Below are positions 11,940 through 23,129 of a DNA stretch of 64,000 nucleotides, one piece after another. The notes beneath the pieces were generated by a model. That model was not told the DNA's origin, made no database searches, and worked only from the letters and a program-made list of their open reading frames with translations. A program made the position numbers and the translations under genes. This DNA is from Seison nebaliae (lineage: Eukaryota). Within the stretch, counting starts at the first letter, position 1. Each line of letters opens with the position of its first letter. The DNA lies in the NCBI GenBank assembly GCA_023231475.1, contig JALJEE010003089.1, positions 1-64,000 of the forward strand, written 5' to 3'.

Positions 11940-14849
11940 TTATTGGGAACATTCGGAACAAATGGAAGAATGACATTCATCAGAAACATTGAATAATCGA
12001 CATCGTTCACATTGTCGATTGAGAGTAGATTTGATGGAGATTTTCCATTTATTTTTCTTGATATCTGAATTCTTTTCATAATGAACTTCGGCGACTTGTA
12101 GCCAATTTCGAAATTGAATTTCATCGATCCAATCTGTATCATTGGGATTGATGAAGACGGTTATTGCCTCTTTTTTACTATTGTTAATTTGCGCATGAAT
12201 ATCTGTTCTGATTGGCAAATATCGGGTAGTCATCAATCGATAAATTTCTCTTAAATTGACTGAATTTAAAATACCCTCCAATTGACGTTGATGACGGTCG
12301 TGATTCTGACGATAATTAGAGAGGAATGTTTTCTCATTCCATTCAGGATGATGTATCTGAATTTCTTCAGTTAAATGTGGTAAAACTGGAGAAATGAGTG
12401 AATTCAATTGAAATAGAAGATGATTCGTTATCCATAAAGCTGTTGATCGATTCTTATCATTATCAAAATAGAGTTGATGTTTCAAATGTGGAAAATAAAG
12501 ATTACTCAAATGATTCTCCATATATCTCTCCAACATATTCATGGGACTAATATAATCAAATGTCTCCCAATGAATTTCATGAATCTTTTTCTTCATTTCG
12601 AACATCTCTTTCAAAATGAAATAATCGAAAACAGTCAAATTATTGACGAGTATCAATTCGAAATAATTTGTCGTCTTCGTTTCATTCAAATTGGAGAGAA
12701 GAAATCTTAAAATTTTCCTTATTCGAAATGTTTTCTCTCGATAATTCTCTAAAATATTTCCTGATAACACAATCTTATTTTTGTTCCATTCGCCCGTTAC
12801 GAAATATCGGAAGACGTCGAGACCATAACCGTTCGGATCGAGATTTCGATCTTTCAACGATTCATCACCGAAAACTATCGATTCATATGTCAAATAATTT
12901 CCTTCTGATTTCGACATTTTCCTCTCATTCTCATCCAAAATAGTTCCATGAACGAGAAAGCGTTTGAACGGTGCCACTCCTTGAAAAATAGCTGATAAGA
13001 TTAATGATGATTGGAACCATCCTCGAAATTGATCCATACCTTCCACACAAACATCAGCTACTTGATTATCTTTTTCGTTTCTATCAATAACATTCGCCCA
13101 AGAACATCCACTATCAAACCAAACATCCATAATATCTTTCCCTTTTTCATATTCATCGATATCGAGAGAATATTTTTTGAAAATGAATTCCAATTCCAGA
13201 TCTTTCAACTCCTTCTCAAACCACACTTCAACTCCTTCTTTATCTATTTTCTTCAAAATGTGTTCGTAAATTTTACCGTTTTTTAATCGTTCACCAGTTC
13301 GTCGATGATATATGGCTATGATCGGCACTCCCCATTGTCGTTGACGTGAGACACACCAATAGGAACGTTCTTTAATCATGTCACCTAAATTTTTTAAATT
13401 TCTTTCAAAATTCTTTATCGATTTGTTCGATTCGATCCATTTTAATTTGTTGAGACATCGTAAAGTTTCCGGTCGAATTTTATCCATATCGATGAACCAT
13501 TGACGACTTAAATTGATGATAACGGGTGTCTTACTACGCCAATCATATGGATATGAATGTCGAATAATGGAAGAATGAATAATATCATCTTTCAATAAAT
13601 GCATAATTGATTCATTCGTCTCTAAAACTAAACGATTATCGAGTAAAGTAATGATTGATGAATCAATCTTCGATTTCTCCATCATCTCCTTATCGAATTT
13701 CCCATATTTATTAACGATTCGCGGATATGTCCAATTTACATATTCTCTACTCTTTTCAAAATCAGCATGTCCATGACTCGGTGCCAAATGAATGAGACCG
13801 GAACCTTTATCTTTCTCCACCAATTCACAATCGATGAATGTTCTCATTTCCTTCGAGAATTTATCATTCTGATAATTCAATTGATCAATTTCATCATGAG
13901 TTATACGTTTAACTATCTCTAATGGGAAAGGCAATTTCTCCGAATGTTCTCGACTCACTAACAACAATTTATCACTATCAACATGACGACAAATTACATA
14001 ATTAAAAGATTTCGAATAAGCAATTCCACCGTTCGCTGGAATTGACCATGGAGTCGTTGTCCATAAAAGACAAGAAACATTCTCTTCTTTCTCTCCTATC
14101 AATTTCAAATTTTCAATTGGTACAGAGAAATAGAGGGAGGGACTTTCGTGATCCTGATATGATAATTCTGCTTCTGCCAAAACCGTTTGAGTGGTGGGAG
14201 AATAATAAATCGGCAATTGATCTTCATACAAAAAGTTGAGATCGATCAATGTTTGAATACATTGCAGTTCATGCCAAACATAGTCATGTTTCATCGTTTT
14301 ATATCTCGGATAGATTTCTCCGCCCTCAAACCGACATAAAAGTCCCCAATCTCTCATTTGTTTCATTTGGAGTTGGATCATTTCTTCGGCGCATTTCCTC
14401 GCTTCTGTTCTTATACGATTGGATTGAACTCCATCTAACTTCTTATAACTATTCAATTCGATTGGCAATCCATGACAATCCCAACCGAAAACATATCTGG
14501 TTTGATAACCATTCAACACCTTCTCACGCATTATCACATCTTTCAACACTTTATTCAAACCATGTCCAATATGTAATGGACCGTTGGCATATGGTGGACC
14601 ATCGTGCAATATGAACTTCTTTGCATCTCCTTTATCAAACTCGTCAATTTCATCGAAATAATACTTTCGAATCATCTCCGACAAACTTTTCTCATTATTC
14701 CCATTCGATCTCATCGACAACTTCATTTTAGTTTTTGGTAAATAAATTTCTTTTCTTCTTATTTCACTTTCAATTTCTTTCACATATAGTCGTCTGGAAA
14801 ACAATTTATTCAAGTACGCATGGATCCTTCCGTCCAATCTCCTCAACAT
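11940..14849 (-). CDS. IARS2: Mitochondrial isoleucyl-tRNA synthetase, intronless
   Basis: DGPPYANG..HIGH, WTTTPW editing motif, DQFRGWF, KMSKS and a C-terminal CERC..CSEC zinc finger (bacterial/mitochondrial type). Likely start is the Arg-rich MLRRL at 14849. Confidence 0.93.
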   Translation of the reverse strand: MLRRLDGRIHAYLNKLFSRRLYVKEIESEIRRKEIYLPKTKMKLSMRSNGNNEKSLSEMIRKYYFDEIDEFDKGDAKKFILHDGPPYANGPLHIGHGLNKVLKDVIMREKVLNGYQTRYVFGWDCHGLPIELNSYKKLDGVQSNRIRTEARKCAEEMIQLQMKQMRDWGLLCRFEGGEIYPRYKTMKHDYVWHELQCIQTLIDLNFLYEDQLPIYYSPTTQTVLAEAELSYQDHESPSLYFSVPIENLKLIGEKEENVSCLLWTTTPWSIPANGGIAYSKSFNYVICRHVDSDKLLLVSREHSEKLPFPLEIVKRITHDEIDQLNYQNDKFSKEMRTFIDCELVEKDKGSGLIHLAPSHGHADFEKSREYVNWTYPRIVNKYGKFDKEMMEKSKIDSSIITLLDNRLVLETNESIMHLLKDDIIHSSIIRHSYPYDWRSKTPVIINLSRQWFIDMDKIRPETLRCLNKLKWIESNKSIKNFERNLKNLGDMIKERSYWCVSRQRQWGVPIIAIYHRRTGERLKNGKIYEHILKKIDKEGVEVWFEKELKDLELEFIFKKYSLDIDEYEKGKDIMDVWFDSGCSWANVIDRNEKDNQVADVCVEGMDQFRGWFQSSLILSAIFQGVAPFKRFLVHGTILDENERKMSKSEGNYLTYESIVFGDESLKDRNLDPNGYGLDVFRYFVTGEWNKNKIVLSGNILENYREKTFRIRKILRFLLSNLNETKTTNYFELILVNNLTVFDYFILKEMFEMKKKIHEIHWETFDYISPMNMLERYMENHLSNLYFPHLKHQLYFDNDKNRSTALWITNHLLFQLNSLISPVLPHLTEEIQIHHPEWNEKTFLSNYRQNHDRHQRQLEGILNSVNLREIYRLMTTRYLPIRTDIHAQINNSKKEAITVFINPNDTDWIDEIQFRNWLQVAEVHYEKNSDIKKNKWKISIKSTLNRQCERCRLFNVSDECHSSICSECSQ

Positions 14850-15028
14850 ACTCGCTTCACGTTTCAGCCAAAACTTTGAAAAAAAACAATTTTTATTTAA
14901 AAAAAAAAAGAAGGAGTTCCGATCTTTCCGATTCATACCGTCTCTATCCTGACGATTGAAAGCAGAAAAAGGCCAAAATAAAACCAATTTTGTCAGTTGG
15001 CCAAAATGTTCTCATTTAGTCTAAATGT

Positions 15029-17492
15029 TCACTTGGCCAAATTCTCTTTCATAGTTCCATTCTTCATATTCGGATCTATCCGATTACGTTTCGGTTGTTC
15101 CCAAAGATAATTGAAGAATAATTCCAAAAATTCGATTATCGTCAAAAAGGACATACCCAACGCTACACCCATCGCTCCACCGATATTAGCGATGAAAACA
15201 GATAACGACACTTTTGGCGTACGACGATGATACGGTACGTGAAGCGTCCAAAAACTGACTTTAATATGAACAATATTGTCTCTAACATTCCAGAATGAAT
15301 GAATGAATGAAAAAAGAAGAATTAAATAACTTAAAATTATTTTCTGTCAAACATTGTCGGTTCGATTCGATTACTTCTTTTGGTGACATGGAATTCGGAT
15401 CGAAATAAACATATTCTTTATTGTTTTTTGTGTGATTTTTATACCCGAAATTTTTTTTACAAAAACATTTGTATGACAAATAACTGTATTTGGAGAACAT
15501 CTTCTTGAAAGGAATTGGAGATACGTAATTTTCAATCGTATAAAGATTTTGATAACAATTGAAACCACATAAATCATTCTTATCCACTATACCTTGAAAG
15601 AAAACGATAAAATATCATAAAACTTCTATACGAACTTAAATAATTAAAAACAAGAGATTGCTTCGCATAATCCGTTTGACATATCGTCATGTCTATTGAA
15701 AGAAGTAAATAACTTGAAAAAAAATTTAAAAAATGAATTAACTTGGATAAGTGTGATCCCCAAGTAATCGACAATTAAATTTCTCACGAACATCCTCTTC
15801 AATTTTCCGTTTTTTACACGACTCAAAATTTTCATGTTTATCCATAATATTCTCCACGTTAAAATCACTGTCACAATTAGATACTGTTGTGGTGTCCGTA
15901 TAATCGTACTAATTGAATGTTTTGGAAAAATTATAAATTTTTACAAAAAAAAATTCAAATAAGGAAAATTTTGAATGATAAAATAATTTAAAGAAAATGA
16001 AAATTTTTAATATAAAAAAAAATTCTCAACTGCTTTTCTTTGTAGAATAATTTGAGTTAAAGAACCAGTTGGCGCCAGAATATTATTGTCGATAATATAT
16101 TCGTGTGATTCAGGATCATGTACTGATACTAGAACGCCATTCTGAAAAAAAAAGAATGGAACTTAAAGAAGAGATAAGAAGGTGAGAACGGATGGATGTA
16201 TAATGGAATTCGTTTCTTCATCAACATCGAAATGATGATTAAATATGATGAATTCAAATCCTGCATTAGCCGTTGGTATAGTTTGATAAAATACTTTGTC
16301 TTTACGATGGTTAATGGTGAAACAATTGCCGGCATCCGTTTCGATGATTTCGATATCCTTCTCACAAGTCTCATTGTTAATTTTACATAATAGAACGAAA
16401 TCTTTCACGTTCGTTCTGGAAAAGACTTCGTTGGATTCTGAATGAAGAGAAATATGTTCCATACAAATGATGAATTGGGATTAAAATGAAAACTTTTCAT
16501 CGGTTCAAAACCGAACTTGGATTCAATTTGAACGATTTTACTAAACGTGTTAATCAGATTAAAAAGTAATTGACCGTCCTTATAATCTTCCCAATGCTTT
16601 GCTCTGTCCTTGTTCTTCACCAAATATAAGTAAATTAATTGTTCAACTTTTTCATCTTCCTCATTCGTTTTAAGAATATCATCAACAATTCCTTCCAATA
16701 CGGTATCGGTTAAGAATAATTCTTTACTCGTTTTTCCTCTGATGATCAAACCGGTCGAATAAACAATGACTTGTTGTTGAATTAAGACAATTTTCGATAA
16801 ATAATCAATTCCTTCTGTAACATTCATCCGCTCTATTAATTGGGGACAATCGATCGATAATTTTTTATTATTAAATTGTTTTCTCACTAATTCTAAACGG
16901 TGAGTATATTTATCCATTAGGACAAATGTGTAACTTAAACTATCACATCTCCATACACAATTCTCAAAGAAAGTACGAATAACTGAATTGGCAATATAAT
17001 TCACACAATGAACAGATACTTCAACTTTGTTTCGAAATAAATTCTTCTTATCAAAAAGACCAACAGCTCGATTTATAGAATCAGTATATACAACGTCATA
17101 AACATCTTTCGTTTGTAAATTTTTGAAATAAACTGCAAATTTCTCCAAGAATTGATTATTGAGAGACAATCGACCATATTGTTTATAATAAGGAATGGAA
17201 CGAAACAATTGATTGGTATTGCACAAAGTGATAGCTGGTAATTGAAGACGAGACGAATAGAGTACATTAGTCTGATAAATTATTTGTCGTTGTAAATATT
17301 CGGTGAAGTTCTGATATAGTAACCAAACTAACAAACATATCCCACAAATCGATAATATCCACCATAAATACACTCGAAATCGAGAAATGTTTTTATCTTT
17401 CTGATAAGCAAAAACTCGTGAGATTCCATGGCAATTGATTCCATCCATCTTTTCCAATACTTCAATTCTCTTAAAATCATCAAATAACTTAC
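15029..17492 (-). CDS. DEG/ENaC (ASIC-like) sodium channel subunit; introns 16438-16493, 16142-16189, 15909-16030, 15693-15742, 15593-15635, 15282-15330; 5' end unresolved
   Basis: Pre-TM1 HG motif, TM1, LPAITLCN, GNCFTIN, GVLVSVHDP and TM2 NIGGAMGVALGMSFLTIIE. Six GT-AG introns join the ORF pieces in frame. Confidence 0.9.
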
Positions 17493-17699
17493 CTATTAAT
17501 AAAGAAGTGCATTCTTAGTTAAGTTAAGTTAGAAGAAGTAAGTTAATTAATTTCATGATTATAATTTCCTATTCATATAATAATCATTTCCTATGAAAGA
17601 GAATTAATACAAGTTTTTTTTAACCAAAAGAATAAAAATGAATATTAATTTTATTTCGAACAAAACGGAAGATCTAAGGAAATTAATCTCATGAATCTC

Positions 17700-18060
17700 A
17701 ATGAAATTATTTCTGATGAAAATATGAAATATATTTGTGAAGCATAGAAACTTTGATTTTCCATGAAAATATGAATTAGTTTTGGGAATCATTTTGATAT
17801 GATTTCATTCATCAGATTTTGATTTCCCATGAAAATATGAAATATATTTTGAACTATAAAAACTATGCATTTCTCTCAAGATGGGAAATAATATCGGCAT
17901 AGAATTGGTAATTTTAGTTAGAAAACTATAAGATGATTAAATACCTGGAAATTATAACGGTGATTTCCCAAAAAAAATATGAAATATATTCGGAGCTAAA
18001 AAAGGAACTAAACGCAGCTATATAATACTCCCAAGCGAGACATGGGAATAAAAACTATAA
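17700..18060. repeat. Degenerate minisatellite (core ATTTCCCATGAAAATATGAAATATATT), about 4-6 diverged units
   Basis: Copies near 17710, 17757, 17822 and 17963, with weaker ones near 17869 and 18029. Confidence 0.65.
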
Positions 18061-18639
18061 ATATAATAACCCTATATATAAAAAGTGAAGAAACGTTTAT
18101 TGAAAAACCTTGAACGAAATTTTGTTCTCGGCACCATTAAGCCGATCACTTGTGGGGCTAGCTACGGTCAAGAATATTTCCAACATCACCTACCAAATGA
18201 TGCACCTAACCGAAAATTACCTTCTACAGTGACATATACATGTCAACATCATTCAATGTATGGAACTGTTGAGAATGATAATTTCGGTCAAGTTCAATTT
18301 GATAGAACAATGTTGAAAATAACTTAACCGTAACGAGCCTTAAAACCCTCTTGATTAAACCCTTATATACGTATTTATAAAAATTATGCTTGTACGCATA
18401 AACACATACAAAACGCATATGAAAAGCACCTGAAACAAATATCCCAAACACTTGAACACAAGTCGTTCAAGTGAAAGGGTAAATATTCTAGTAACTTTTC
18501 TACAAAGGCAAAGGTAGAGGGGCAAGGTTTACAATAAAATTTCAAAACTTTTTCCAAGGCCTATATAGGAAATCTATAAAATATATAAGTCTTTCATCCT
18601 TTATGTGTGTATTGACAGTTTTAGGATGATTAGCTGGCA

Positions 18640-19100
18640 CCCATAAGTAATCTTTCCCATTCTCAAATTAATGAGTGCCATTTGATAACCCTTTGAACAC
18701 GTTTATCCAGCGTGATACTAGACATCACTTCTATGACCCGTTGAAGATCTTCTTTACGTCCCATTTGAACCTTGGAGAAGTGAGGCAAGTGAGGCAACTG
18801 AAGCATTCGATTATCGAGTGCATAGATTGAAATCGATTTTGCCTGACCATTGGTATATGTAGATCGAACCTACAATTCTTGTTAAAATCCAAACATCCCA
18901 AGTATCTCGTGACGGAATTCAATCATCAGTATGAGCAACTCACATTCTTTGTTGATTGACTGATTGCCAAGACTGGACAAATGACTGATTGGGAGAGTAA
19001 GATTGAAAAGAAAGATTGAAGTGGAAAGATACCAAAGATAGAACGTTTTCCAAAAAGATTTAGAAAATAATGAAAATGAGAAAAAACTCAATCGCACTTG
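18640..19100 (+). mobile_element. Decayed Ty3/gypsy-type integrase fragment
   Basis: VPFEPW...AFDYRVH, then frameshifted IDFA*PL and FLL..KHPKYLV, resembling the PW...RVHIDFAGP...FL..D..SK pattern of gypsy integrases. Confidence 0.45.
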
Positions 19101-19463
19101 ATGAACTTCGATTGTACTTGGTACAAGTGAAATAGCAAAAATATCAAACATCATCCTTAAATGTCGATGGGAATTGAATAGTTCGAATGTTTTAGAGAGA
19201 AATAGAAAAAATGAGTTAAAATTTCCGGCTTAACTAGTTTAATCACGCGATTTCTATAGAACTGTGAACAGATAATAAAAGCTGAAAATTTGAAGAATGG
19301 AAAAATGGTGAAAAAGATGCAAGAGAACGATTCCTTGAAGAAGAGAAGATGATAAGCTGTTACCATTAGCAACCATAAAAATTGTTGATTAACCATATCC
19401 GATTGTTCTATATTTTCTATCAATTATCTAGTCTTCTTTTAGTTTTGTTGAGATATCATCAAA

Positions 19464-21048
19464 ATGCCGTTGAATATCCATGAATATTTTCGTTCTGGTT
19501 TCGAAGACAAAAGCATCATGTTAATCTTATCATAATCTCTTGTCGGAACATTCATGAGTTAATTGTATGAAATTTAGTAAGATGCCTGATCAGGAAGATG
19601 AGTATCTTACTCCAGCTACTCGTCTTCTTGAGAAACGGCGTGAAATGGCTGATGTGGAAGCAGCATTAAATGCACAAAAAGAAGTTTAAAATTTCAATTA
19701 TTGAGACATGTGAATTGATTGGTGAAATTAGGAATTCCGTATGAAAATGGAAGGAATTCAACAGCGAAAAGAAGATTTGGATCGTAAAGAAGTTCGATTG
19801 AAAGAAGATGTTGCGAAATTCGATCAATATTTAAAAGTTTTAAGAGGAATTTAAATATGAAAATTTCAAACGAAATGAAATTGGTTTATAGGAAAACGAT
19901 GCAAAACGTACGAGAGCATTAAAGAAAGCTGAAGATGAGAGAGAATTACAGAATCAGAAAACGGCTGAAATTGATAAATTATCTGAAACGATCAATCAAT
20001 TATTAGTGAAAAGAGATTTGATCGCTGACAAATTAGAAATTGGAAGAAGTTTCAATGACTTCATGGAACGAGTTTCATTCTTTATCTTATTTGTCGACGA
20101 ATATCATCTGAATAATAGGTATTGGAAGAAAGTGATGAATTTCAAGAAGTTCGAGAGATCATCGCACGATATGAAACATTAAAAACGAATGAAGCAGTTT
20201 GTATGTTTTTTGAAGAACTGATAAGATTTTATAGGAAAATAAAAGGAATTAAGAACTCATTTACAAAAGCATGTACAAGAGGTATCCATCTCATCATCAA
20301 CAACGATAATTGATTTATTTTAATTATTTTCTAAAATTTTTTATTTTGAATAATTTGAATTTAAAGAAATAAGTTTGGATGAAACATTTGAAAACCATTA
20401 ATCTTCTTCATCATCCTCCCCTCTTAGGCGTTAATGGAAATTGATGAGAAGAATGAAGACACAATAAAGTCGATGAGAAATGTATATTCGACAAATATCG
20501 AAGTTATTCGTTTTAACTGTTTCAATTCAAATTAAATTTCTCGTTGATTCAGAAAGCTAACAACACTCTATTGTCGATGAACAATAAAATATCGAAACTT
20601 CAATCCAAATTGGATATCGCACGAAATAAATCACATAAATGGGAGAGCGCATGGAATCGAATTCAAGCGACAGCAGCAGAAAAAACATTATTATTGGGAC
20701 AAATTAAAATGGCAACCAGAAGTCTTTATTTATTAGTTCTCAAACATCTGGCGACCAGTTCTTATACACCCGAATTCTCCGAAGACTCTTTCGAACAATT
20801 AGACAAAGTTAGTCATTCTAAATTATTTTCATCTCGATTTCGAACGAACGAAGGATAGTGGAATCATAACACATTCTTAACTTTCTCCAATTTATCAGAT
20901 TATTGATTATATTAAAACATACTCGGTAGTTACTAAATATGCGAAGGAGTCCATAAGAAATAGTTATGAGGCAGCGCCGTTAGATAAGCAGCATCACCAA
21001 AAAATTCTTCGTAGGAATTTGACATCTTTCGTTGCATTTATCGTATAA
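19464..21048 (+). CDS. CCDC42/CFAP73-family ciliary coiled-coil protein; 8 exons (introns 19520-19577, 19684-19731, 19837-19891, 20072-20118, 20197-20427, 20503-20552, 20808-20898)
   Basis: Spliced product MPLNIHEYFRSGFEDKSIIKMPDQEDEYLTPATRLLEKRREMADVEAALNAQKEEFRMKME...KFDQYLKENDAKRTRALKKA...WESAWNRIQATAAEKTLLLGQIKMA matches the family pattern. Mostly missed by the ORF track. Last exon end is less certain. Confidence 0.88.
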
Positions 21049-21992
21049 CTTATCATTTAGTTGAATGGACTTGCCATTATAAATCGACAAAATGTATTCA
21101 TTTCTCATTTACCTAGATTGAATTACTTGTTACTGATCTGGCACAAATTACTAATGAAATGCGTCGAAGTGATTCAATTTCAAGTTGATAAGACTCTTAA
21201 CTCTTTTTTCAATATTTCAATAAATTATATTTATTCATCCTTCTACAACTTCTTTTCTATTTCTATTTCATATCTATTTAGAATCTTATTTATTCATCAT
21301 AATATTTCATGTTCATATAAGTCAAATAACCTTCTCAACTTGTCATGTTATTATCAGTTATTTCATATATCATATCATATATATCATATAGTTCATTCAG
21401 TTAATCTTCTAAACTTATCTAATATTTAGTAAATGAATTTCGCCTTAACAATATTGAAAAACATATATCTTCTCTTAATATCATTTAAATCGAAATGTAA
21501 ACAAACTATTTTAGTTTTCTTAATCTTTTCCGCATGATCGAATTTAAATAAACTTTCTCTAATTTATTCATAAACATGGACAATGAGCAATGAAGAAGAA
21601 ACATGAAAAATAAAAAGTTAGGTAGAGATAGAGACTCATTTGTAAAAAGTCCAGAAGTGACAATTAATTTTTGGATTATACGAGAAAAGTAAAAATGAGT
21701 CATATTTAATTTTAGGTCATTAAGCATTTCTACCGCCAATTTGATTGGCTGAAAACAAGTTTTTTTTTCAATTCCAAATTCAAATTCTTTCCAATTTAAA
21801 CGTTCTCTTATACAGTCGTTTACAGATCGTGTTGATTGAGGGAGAGCTTCAAATTTTAAATGATTCATTGAAAATCTACCAATCGACTCGTTATATATGA
21901 TAATGTAGTCCCTCTATAAAGTTTTTTTGAGAACAATTCAGTATTCTTCCAGGAGATTTCCTGCATGGAAGTCGCAATGGGAGTGCTCTCAC

Positions 21993-22027
21993 AATCCAGA
22001 ATCCAGAATCCAGAATCCAGAATCTAG
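21993..22027. repeat. Heptamer tandem repeat (AATCCAG)x4 plus one variant
   Basis: Directly visible in the sequence. Confidence 0.9.
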
Positions 22028-23129
22028 CCAAGATTGAACGCTCAATGTTAAGCGGAGGTATTGTATTTTATATTTAATTGGGTTAGTATTTTATTTTCAT
22101 TTTCATTTTATTAATCGTCTCCAGTCAGGAACAATATAATTTCAATTTATCTGGAAACTTATGACTCAGATACAAAAATTTATGGTCTGCCATAAAATAT
22201 TCGTACTTTCTCCTACTCCAAGATTTCAATAAGATCTCTTATTCTTACTTTCTTTATTCAAATAAACGTGTGTATTTTAAATATTTCCTTTTCACCAACT
22301 ATATTGATGGATCATTTAATTGGAACAAATGTTTTTTTCACCTATTTCCCACCTTACTATTTTCTTTTCCAATTCTTTAATAAAAATATTCAAATAATTT
22401 TACATTTCTTCATTTAATAAACATTCTTCATTTAACATTTCTTCTTGAAAGACTTGAAAGCTATTCTGATAAAATAAAATTTCTTCTTTTAATCAAAAGT
22501 TTTTTGATTAAAATTAAATATCTTCTTTTATTCAAAAGTTTTTTGGTTAAAATAGAATTTCTTCTTAAAATTGATTTTGGAGAATAATAAATTTTCGTCT
22601 TCTGCATTTCCTTTTTATTGCTATTTTTTCTCTTTATGGTTCCAAATGGAAAGTTGATATGTGTAGAGTAATGTCGTGTATATGAGAGTAGGAATTTTGT
22701 GCGAAAGAAGAAATCAATTTTGAAAGAAACATTGCAGAGTTACGGATTCGTTACGTCCATTGGAAAAGAGAGAAATAATTTATAATGAATGAAAGAAATT
22801 TCTGATATTGAGCGAAGTTGTTGTGAGGTATATGAAGAAAGCGACATAATTCCTCTTGTTTCCTTTCACTGAAATTTAGTGTTAAAGGAATTCGTTAAAA
22901 TTTTTGTATTTCCCTAAAATTTCGTCGGTCGAATTCGTCGTTAGAATTGAAGGAGATGATAACAAACGATTGAGTTGTTGTTTGGAAAAGACCTAGCAAA
23001 AACGAAGAAATTAGTTAACGTAAAAAAATTAATGATAATTTCATCATATGTGATAAATTAAGTTTTGTTTGTATCGTTTGTTGTCTATATAAAGAATGGT
23101 GAGATGATTCGGATGGATACGAGGACGAA

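Noticed and set aside
11940..14849. Horizontal transfer of bacterial-type IleRS or ClpX
   Set aside because: Both fit nuclear-encoded mitochondrial forms with N-terminal extensions and host-like composition, and ClpX has an intron.
17700..18060. CRISPR-like repeat-spacer pattern
   Set aside because: Units are degenerate and irregular, the context is eukaryotic, and there are no cas genes.
21061..21868. ORFs 21061-21429(+) and 21506-21868(-), and the many short ORFs antisense to real genes
   Set aside because: Low-complexity AT-rich or shadow ORFs with no recognisable motifs.
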